Below are positions 53,901-64,000 of a stretch of 64,000 nucleotides of DNA, piece by piece; position 1 is the first letter of the stretch; each line of letters starts with the position of its first letter. The notes beneath the pieces are model-generated. The model was not told the DNA's origin and did no database searches. It was given only the letters and a program-made list of their open reading frames with translations. The position numbers and the translations under genes are program-made. Source of the DNA: Tubiluchus corallicola (lineage: Eukaryota; Animalia; Priapulida); the NCBI GenBank assembly GCA_030141605.1, contig JAQGDQ010000071.1, positions 127,787 to 191,786 of the forward strand. Direction: 5' to 3'.

Positions 53901-56900
53901 TTTTCTCCACTCAATTGCATCACAACACATTGCCCATTAGGACAGTATTTCACCATTCACAACTGTCCAGGATTTTTCACCAATAAAACATCAGTTCAGC
54001 CAATTTCAACAGATAAATCTTAGGTTTGTCCTCAAAACTATAAAACCCATCATTTTAGCTGCCATCACTTTCCAGCTTATTCCACACACTTCTGAATATC
54101 CAAAGCACATTTTCCTGTTACTGGAACAGTTCATTACATTTTACTTTAGACAGGTAACTATAGTACGATATAGGCTGGGTGGGAAAGTAAAACACCCCGG
54201 CAATAAAAAATAAAGTAAACTATGTAGGTAGTTTCCTTATACAAAAACAAACTAAGTTAGGCCTCTTCAATCGAACAAAACATTTATCATTGAACCAAGT
54301 TGCATAGTATAATGTACAAAGGTGGTTGCTTGTAATGTGCAAGAACACATTTTAGCTAAGGGGTGGACCTAGTATGGTCCATCACAATTGCCCACTTTTC
54401 TGTCTAGAAACTTGTACTGCAGTTGTAAAATTTGCTAACTCCAATTGTAGCTCGTGGAAGCAGCTGTTTTGCTTAGGGTTCTTTCTGTTGCCAAACCAGG
54501 ATCTTCGTCAGGAAGAGCCATCTACAGGATTTAAACGTAACTTCAATTTAATCTTGTAAAATCGATAGCAATCGCACTTTAGTACGGTTGCTCCGAGCTT
54601 TGTAGAGACGCGACAAAAACAATGGCTGAATCTAACAGTGTTATCCCAAGTTTACGTTTTTCAGTGCATAGCTTGTACCTCAAATTCAACGTGGATTATC
54701 TCAGCTTAGAACATGCAGCATAACATAGAGCAATGAGCTTGGTATCAAAATGATCCTTATGAAATGGAGATTCAGGATTTGTGAATATCTAGAAAAGCTT
54801 AATTGCTGAATTAAGGACGATTTTGGTATGCAAGCACACAAATTTTAATGTATATTAATATAATATACTATAACCGTATATTAATATACGGTTGACAAAT
54901 TCTACATAACTTGTATTATAACATTGGCAAATTTAAAACAGTATAATACAGATACAGATAAGGAAGCTTTCAATTTTCATCTCTGATGTGGAAGAGGCTT
55001 TCGCCTAAGACTAAAATGTGTAGAAGAAACTAAAGGTAAGCTGCCTCGAAGATATATCTATTGATTTATTTTTTAATTAAAAACTTACGAATACAAAGTA
55101 AATGGGCACTGCACATAAGAAATGTAAACTTAGTACTGCATAATTGTTGCGTCTGTGCCGCTAATGCGCATAGTTGTGGTCGTGGAGAAGGGTTTATTTT
55201 TCTTTCCCGCGCTTTCTTAGACAGAAGCACTCGCCATGCTGGCGCGATGGCTTTGTTGCATGCTAGTTCACGCTTGTTAGTTATTAATGAGTCATGGAAA
55301 GCTCAACATTGTAAGTTCGCATTATTACAGAGAGTAAAAGCACATAATAATGGAATGCTTACATCACTGACAATCAGCAGGCAGTTATTACATTTATAAA
55401 AGAAATCTTATGGACTATAGAAGCCAAGTGTACATATATATGTTTATATATGTATATGTTTATATATGTATATAAATGTATATGTATTTATTTATTTCTT
55501 GTACCTAATAAATAATAAAAAAGTGTTTTTACTTCTTTTGGATGTCTCAACTATACGAAATTTAAATTATTTGACCACTTGTTGAGACAGTAATTATAAC
55601 ATAAATTGTTGCTATTGCTTTACTATTATTTTTTACTTGTTTTAACAAATTAACAAAGCTTTTTTCATTTATTATTTACAGCTTGAACTAATTTATATCA
55701 TAATTCTCATCAAGTGTTGTTTTGCGTATTTGTTGTACCTTATAAGAGCGCAAATATGTGGCATAAATAAATAAATAATTACTTAAAAACCTCTGTTTCA
55801 TTCGTTTATACTGTGCTTTCAAGTTGTAATTATTTCTGTCAAAACGTAATGCCATTTTATACTGTTTTTATACCAAATTATTTATTATTTACAGAAATAA
55901 ACAACATTGTGTAATTCAGTAAAAATTCCTGGAAAGTAATAAACTATGATGATAAGAATGATATTTCTTTGGCGAACTTGAACCTCAATAATTGACATCT
56001 AACATAATGTCAATCATTTTTGTTGACTGACCAATCAGCGTGCAAATTATTTCGCACCCTGCAGAGCTTAATTAGCGCAGGTACGTTCGGGACCTTTAGC
56101 TACAGCTGCGTCTAATGCTGTTGTGAAAAAAGCTCAACTTTTCGTGAGATTGCGGGTGAAATATTGGCTTGGTTCTAGATTTTGTTATTGTCAATTGAAA
56201 TTGCAAATGAATTAGTGGAAATATATAGTCTAGTTTCGTTTATTGGAAGAAATGCGCAACGCTTACGTCTATGAATTGCTGATTAAACCATTTTGCAATC
56301 AAGAAAATATGCAGTTTAGTTTAGTTCATGGCTTTGCAAGTTAGATAAAAACAACTATTTGAATAACTTTAAATAAAGACAAAACAAAATGTTTTCTTTT
56401 ATGGCCAGTTTTTTATAAACCTCAATGAGACCTTCACAATCAAAATTAATTCAAATGTCGTCAAAGCTTACATTATACATTAATGTAATATTACCTAATT
56501 TTACACTACTTTTCTGGTTATAATCATGGTTTAAAATGCCATTGGGACTTATGTGACACGGCCATTCAATATAAGGGTCGTCTGCGTAATGGAACAGTCA
56601 AATGTATTCCATTTCCGTAGCCTGACAAACGGAAAAATACAACAACTGAATAAATATTGCAGATGAGCACATGATCAATTAATATAGAAAAAATACATCG
56701 CAGGCTTGATGTTCGTTTGTTTAAAGGCAAGAAAGACTTAATATTTTTTTTGCTCATTTATTGTGAAGCAAGGCTAACTGGCTTAGTTTCTTTATTGTAC
56801 ATTGTTTAAATTGAAAAGTCATTTTCTGCTACCTGAAGTGTTAATTTCGTGTAAAAATAGCTGCTACTCTGCAAATTTGAGTTTATGAAAAAGTGCAATC

Positions 56901-59900
56901 AGTTTATACTTAGACATTAGTTGTGTTGATGTTGTTAGTTTAGTTTAGTTTAGCTTAGACAGTTGTTATCCTGCGTGATCTGTTGTCCCGAATGCTGCTG
57001 AGCGTTGTGACGTTACCGCAAAGGCGGAACGATAGACCAAGATGTTTGACGTCAATTATGACATCTCTGACCATCGTTTTGTGCGAGTAGTCACTACATT
57101 GATAAAACCTGAAGCTGAAGTAAAAAGATTATATTTATTAAAGATAGAGTCATAATTTCAAAAAAGACATTCGAAATAGCCGACAATTTCTCCTAAATAA
57201 TTCTGACTAACAATTTATGAGCTAATGAGCCAGCCATGTTATATGACGATGGTATTTTGGCCTCGCACGCAACCCGAGATCCCGGAAGGTGATAACGGTT
57301 ACAGCCACATGACTGTGGTAAAACGATAACCTAAAATTGCTGAAAAAAACAAAGAAGAAAAGCTGAGGATAGGTGGCTGAAAGGTAAGTAAGGCTGAGGA
57401 GGCATTCCTGTGCGAGGGGGTGCGACGAAACTAAGCAGCGTTGTTACTCAAAGTAAGTACAAAACTATGGCGGTGATCAAAAGAAGCTACATCCTCTAAT
57501 CTCAAAAGTAGCGCACGGTGGTAATAAGATTTGTTTCCTGACAATGAGAATGAACAAAATGGAGGGATAGAATTTAGGTGATACTTTGTTGATAAGATGG
57601 TAAAATGGAGTTATTAAGAAACCTGAATCTCAGAAACTAAGCAGCGTAGAACGAAAAGAACACCAGATTCTAAATGCTTGCGTTTTGGCTACAATTTGTA
57701 CAATTTTATGATGTTAATCCCTAGTCACCAAAACTGCGGATTAAAATTTTAGTTTACAGATAGATCTTGGAGTCTTGATGGCTTCCAGTGCTGGTATGCT
57801 TAGGTAATGTCGTTATCTAGTGTTAGTCACTTGATTCCAAATGGCTTCATTCAGGAGATATGGCTTCATTTCAAATCCAATGATTTAAGGCACGACTTAC
57901 GTCTTCCGTTCATTTAAAAGAAACCATGTCGCTATCCAATGGACAATGGCCTAATGACTTCTAGGTAGTAGTAGGCCAAGGTCAGTTTAGTCTTTAATCA
58001 CAATACACTGGCGAAATGGAAACCTAAAAGATAAAATTAATTTTAACGGATAACGTTTTCACGCGAAATGGTATCGGAACCGGAAATGAAACAAACAAAC
58101 AGCATTTGTTTATGATTTTGTAAAACTTTAATGTGTTATAATATCGATTATAGGAGCTTGGTCTGGAAAAATACTCGTATATTATGTTTGAGTTTATATG
58201 AGTTTAGTAATGAATAAAAGTGCTGGCACGATTCAGTGGCATTACCGCAAGTTTTCACAAGAAAGTTTGCACCAGAAAGATCATCTTAAACTGTTAATGC
58301 AGTTTTATCTCTTGACGATTTCACGGTTATTATATTGCGCATTTATGTTTCTCGTTAGCGCATTCCTCTGTTAGGCAAATAAATTCTGTGTGATTTGAAT
58401 TACAAAATAATAAAGATGCGTGATGAACTTTCCGGGCGAACATGTTGGCTAACTTCTTCGGAGATGTAATTCTATCATCATGTCGTGGAGATGATAAAAT
58501 ATCAAACTCTCTGTTAACCTGTGTCGGAAACAAAGTTCAATTTGTGATTCTTGTTGCAGTGAAAACAGTGAATGCGGAAGAATTTGAACCTTCAATTTTG
58601 CTACAAGATCCAAACCTAAAACTCGTTTCCCTACAAAGTTTATATGTAAGTGAAAATAAATTTGTTAACTATATTGTTGTATTGAGAAACTGAGAAAAAC
58701 CAAGAATAACGGATTAATATATGGGTGACCGGTAATAAAGTCACAAAAGTCACAATTTTGGAAAAACTCACGAGTTAAAAGTTACTATTAATTTATGTTG
58801 GCCGGAAAAAGTCACAATTTTGGCTGAGAATGAATCACATTAGTACAGAAACGATAGAATATCAAAAAGACTAAATTTTACATAATGAATAATATCTTAA
58901 TAACGTGAAACATACCATGTCTTATACGTGGCTGCAGATTAATCTCAAAGAGCTTCGATGGTAACACAGTGCTGGGTTTTGGACAGCGTACTAAATGTAT
59001 ACAAAACAGATAACCATAAGTTACATAGATATAATGGGAAGCCTAACTAGAATGAATAGTCTATTCAAAAGCAATTAAGTAAAACAGTAAATAATATAAC
59101 CTAAAAGTCATACATTCACAGAAAACGGCTACTGTTCACTCAATGGTGTAACGGGACCTGTTTGCTAAGGCAAGCCTTGGCAAACTTTATCAAATAACAA
59201 TTTTCTTTATATAATAGTTTTAGTGCCAATACGACTGTCCTGACTTAGGCTATCTCAAAGCAATCACTAACACATGATGAATCCACAATTATAAACAGGT
59301 GTTAATTGTTTCTCTCTCTGCCAATAAATACTTAAAATAAAAAAACGAACAGTTGATTATTTTTGCGAATATGTGATTTTCTTTATGCATATAAAACAAT
59401 CAATCAATTAATCAGTTAGCCTAACAAACAAGCAGTATTGGATGGCATTGCTAGTTTATTTAATACTTTTTTGATTAAGATCTATTTGTTTTAACAACAC
59501 AATGCATTTTGAAACTCGTCGCCCTGTTGCATTTCCTAATATTACAACATTGCATGAAATACGTTAATTTTTACAGTAATATAATTTGAAATTTTAGAGA
59601 ATTATTTCGGAAACCATTCAAGATAAAACTTCGGATTAAGAGCACTTTTCTAAATACACTCGAAAATTCAAATTTCCATCCACCAAATTCGATAAAAGTT
59701 TTAAAAATAGCAAATCCACAATTTTTAATTTCATTGATGAAACACACTTCTGGCATCATATGACATTTCTGCTCCTCTTAGATCTTTTTTTCAAATATCA
59801 TAATAGCGCCCTTTCATTTAATTATTAACATCTTGGTTTTACGACGAAATTTTGGTAAACAAATTAGCAAATATCACATTTTTGCTACACTTGGACCGAA

Positions 59901-62879
59901 TCATCTTTTCTAGGTATTCTAGAACAGTCACAAACATTCGTTGCGCGTCTTTGCCTTATTGTTAATCAGCGAAATTTGTTTGCTGGTTCCATCCCACATA
60001 CTATTGTCTAACCATGAAACAATTCTCTCATTTAAGTTCTAGTGATGATCCCTATTATTGCATTTAATGCGTAGAAGCTATTTTCTCTTTTCAGAGCTGT
60101 GAAGATGTTGATGTTCAGGAATTATTTTCTATGACCAGTGTTACTACTACTCCTTTAGCTAATCTGTTATCTTTCTGAGTGCTCTTCACTACATTCACAA
60201 TCTAGATGTCTATGCAAACACTTATGATAGTAAGTATGATAATTTAAACTCCGTTACATCGAATCCTGATTCTAACGAATTTAACGTTTTCAATTTGCAC
60301 ATTTTAAAGTTTATAAAATATTTGCTAATGTGGCTGACAGCCCAGTAGTTTTTCTCAACCGTCTGAGATCATTAAAACTTTATGATAGAAACAGTATAAT
60401 TAGATTCATTAAAATAATTAAGCAACGCTGCTTTTGTTAACGTCTTGTTTACGAATATTCATATTCTTTATAGTTTATCTTTTTTTTATTTATTCCAGAA
60501 TTTTTAATTTTAATAACTTAAAATTATAACTTTAAAACTGATAGACTTTGAATTTGATTTTCAAACATTTGTTGTAATTTTTAATCTATGTGCATGAGGT
60601 GTCGTTTTAAGCTTTTTAAGCATTTTGTCTTTTGTTTTTTTGAACAAAATTTAATAAGCGAATTCCTGACACGTTGCGCCCCTGTTTCAGGAATTCGCTT
60701 ATGTATAAGCGAAGCCAGTGTTTTACTAGCCCCTTTTTTAGTTCTGTTCAGTTCAGTACTTCGTTGCTTCCACTAATATGGTTGTAACAGTTTTTATCAA
60801 CTAAATAAAACTTACGTTTCTTTAACTTTAATTTATCGCTTTCGAGTTTACTCTGCACCAAATACTATTAAAGTAAAATCTTTTGAAGTTCCTTTTTCCA
60901 TTCCTCAATAGTTTTTTTGCGCATAAAAGGTGTTGCAATCAGATTTGATTTAAACAAAGTATTTAATGAAGTTTGCTCTTGACCCATAGATTGGCTTGTT
61001 TCCTGCATAAATTAGCCAGTTTGTTGACTAACTGTACACTGTCACTTATCAGACGTTATTTTCGAACTCAGCAGTATGACGTTTGCTAATGTCGAGCTGT
61101 TCATTTAAGTGTGGCATTATGCGTATATGAGCAGTTAATCCTGTAATAATTTCAGCTGTTTGCATGCGTATCAGACTCACTACTGTACTCCTGCAAATCT
61201 GCCTGTTCGCGGGTTCTTTTGATAGACTGACTGGTTGCAGCTACGTTTGAGCTGGCAAGGTAATATTCTAATGTAGATAGCTTTTCAGATTTGCTAATTT
61301 CAATGTCACTATCTAATCTCTCTTTTCCACTATTAACATTATCAGTAATGAAGAAATTTTCTGTTGGTTGAAAGACACTATCTGCGTGTTTGCTTATTTC
61401 ATTATTTTATTGAGCTGTGGCATGTGTTGGAAAATTTGTTCGCTCACTAGAAGAGGTACTATTATGCTTCAATAAATCATAGTCTCGAAATATAGCTTTC
61501 TTTCGAAATGGGAGTTTTCTGCTTGAAATCTCTCCAGGTTTTTCTCTACATGTATCAATTGAATCAGTATTTCCCAATCTTCATTTAAATTTGCTAATCA
61601 TCTAGATGTTGAAATAAAATTCGTCCAATAAACGCATTTATGATTCTAATATGCACTGGGTCAATTACAGGAGTCACAAAATAATTTTCCGCCCATGGCC
61701 TAATTGGCTTCTTATCAGATAATTCGGCTCTTTTCTTTCTTAAAAATACTTGTTGTCCCGGTGTAAATTACACTGAAATTTACCTTATCTCTACGCTTCA
61801 TACGCTACTTCCGAGCCATGTGCCTAGCCCTAACAAATGTTTAATGTAATTTATCAGATTTTGCGTTAGCTGATCATTAGGATTATAATGTGTCGGTCTT
61901 AATATATTATCCATAGCTATTGTTGGTGTTTGAAAATAAATTAGAAAGAATGGAGAATTGCCATTGGCAGAATATGGCATTGTACGCATGGAGACTATGG
62001 CGAATGGGAGAAAGTCTAGCCATTTTGAAAGTTCATCAGCACATAAACAACTTAACTGATCTAATTATGGTCTATGGACTCGTTCACAACGAGAAAGTGC
62101 ATTATTAAGGTAGGGAGGCGAGAGAATTTGATAAATATTAAGGTGTTTCAATGACTATTTCATGATTTCACTGCAGTTCTCAACCACGCTGTCCATCAGA
62201 TGTGTCTAGCTACACGCATAACGAATTACATAATTATTTAAGGCGTTAGATGTTATTTGATATTATGTTATGTTGATCTGAATCATACTTGCTCACAGTT
62301 AACAGATAAAGTTTCCTCAGTCTTGCATAGCAAATTGTCTTCTGCTATAAAGAATCTCCCTATATCTTGATATTGTTGTTTAGTGTTGAAAGGCCAGGCA
62401 AGATTTTCGATAATTTGAGCTAAATGTTCATCCTCAGCTTGCCATTTTAATACGAGGTTGAGATTTATTGGGAGATGTTATTTCTGTGCATTGGTCTGCG
62501 TTTGTCCATTTAACTGTTCGTCCCCTAATTATGGAGTGTCAGTATTTTCAGTATTATTTGACGGTGCCTGATCCAGTGCATCTAAGACATCTGGTGTGTC
62601 TGTTGCATCTTGCACATTCAATATTGGATCGACTTCTTTCCAAATATCTTCTTGCTGTAAGTCCAAAGGCATTATAGTTTATCTTTCTATCATTAATTCA
62701 TGTTCATTTTGATCAAAACACAGGGTTTCTTGCTCTGTGCTTTCGTCACTTATGTAGTCTTGCATTTCTGAATCGCGTTGTTTGCTTTGTATTAGTAGAC
62801 TCGGTTCGCCTTTTTAACTCTTCCGGGTGTTTCTGTACCTTTCCAGTGGTATTCAGTAAATCAAATTATCTCTGATACT

Positions 62880-64000
62880 CTTGAAAAGTGGCTCCAGTCG
62901 ATGGAGTTTCCGGTACTGGGTTCATAGCTGCTACTACGTTTTATTATCCAGGTATGTAGTACAAAGTAAAGTCATATTCAGACAATGCCATCATCCAACG
63001 TTGCAAAAGACTAGATCCCGGGTAATTTCCCACGAAAAGTTAGCTTAAAGGTTATTTATTGCAGTAAACAAGATTTTGTGAACCGTAAGGATAGCTTTTG
63101 AACTTCCTTATGCAAAAGCCTCTTTTTGACTAATTGGCCATTTTCGTTGAATGTCTGATAACGAGTGTGGGAAGTGCGCAATTGGTCTTGCAGTTGCTTG
63201 TTCAAAACTCCTGAGATAGAAAAATTACTTGAGCCTGTATGCAGAATATAAGGCTTACTAGGATCCGAAAATCAAAGGATCGGTGTCTTAATCAATGCTT
63301 TTTCAAGTCACAAGAAGCTTAATTTCTTTTCGAGTTCCATATAAATATCCGTCCTTTTCTCAACAATTGCAAAAGTAGTTCAGCTTTTTCAGCAAAATCA
63401 GGAATAAACATATAGGAATAAATTTCCTTTAAAAGTTCACCAATAAAAGCTTTTACTATGTTTTGCACCGCTGTTATTTTATCTGTTTCTGTACGTATTG
63501 CATCTGAGGTTACAACATAGTCTAAATTATCTACTTTCTTTGTTAAAAATATACATTTTCGCCGGTGGCATTTCAAATTAGTTTGCCTAAATCTATTGCA
63601 AACATCTTGCAAATCTTTGAGACGAGTTCCTATGTCTGGACTACAGACCAGCAATTAATCAACAGAAGAATGCAAACGATGCCTCCTACCTTCTGTTATC
63701 AAATCTTTAGCTAAGCTGTGATCTAATTTAAGAAATGCTGACGGTGAATTTGTAGCTCTAAAAGAACATGCATTGAATTTATATATGCCACCATCATGAA
63801 TAAGAAAAATCGTATAATCTCTGGAATTCTCTTCCATAGGAATCTGGTGAAAAGCACTCACAAGATCTAAGAGTTTCTCTCCTTAAACGATTTAGAATAC
63901 TATCGATAGGAAGTGGTTGTGCGTTGGCCTTGACTGTTCTTGAATTTAGAAAATGAAAATCCACACATATTCTTAAATATTCTTAATCCACAAATACTAC
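62880..64000 (-). mobile_element. Degenerate Ty3/Gypsy LTR retrotransposon pol fragment (RT and RNase H), runs off the window end
   Basis: SAFHQIPMEENSRDYTIF..GIYKFN..ATNSPSAF, KCIFLTKKVDNLDYVVTSDAIR..DKITAVQN, FIPDFAEKAELLLQLLRKGRIFIW, and downstream PIAH..LSDIQRKW and LQRWMMALSEYDF. Stops and frameshifts present. Confidence 0.85.

Noticed and set aside
53729-53956. 75-aa Cys/Gly-containing minus-strand ORF
   Set aside because: No recognisable domain, stops immediately upstream, and no convincing splice context.

Overview
AT-rich, intron-containing eukaryotic DNA from an invertebrate animal. The taxon cannot be fixed from sequence alone; protostome-like is an inference. I reconstructed the spliced genes by hand from GT-AG boundaries and reading-frame phase. 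Between 1.2 kb and 51 kb, every recognisable gene encodes a Golgi-type glycan-building or glycan-modifying enzyme, six in a row: (1) the 3' 13 exons of a divergent heparan sulfate N-deacetylase/N-sulfotransferase (NDST-like, +); (2) an intronless signal-anchored EGF + class I SAM methyltransferase (-); (3) a 3-exon B4GAT1-like GT49 glucuronyltransferase (-), head-to-head with (4) a 6-exon divergent EXTL3-like GT47/GT64 enzyme (+); (5) an intronless GT-A glycosyltransferase (+); (6) an intronless GT77/nucleotide-diphospho-sugar transferase-like gene (+). The best candidate for an undescribed system is an animal biosynthetic gene cluster for a non-canonical heparan-like, N-sulfated and possibly O-methylated or branched polysaccharide. 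The remainder is LINE and Gypsy relics, MITEs, and mini/microsatellites; 51-62.8 kb has no recognisable gene. Family assignments come from recalled motifs, not database searches.
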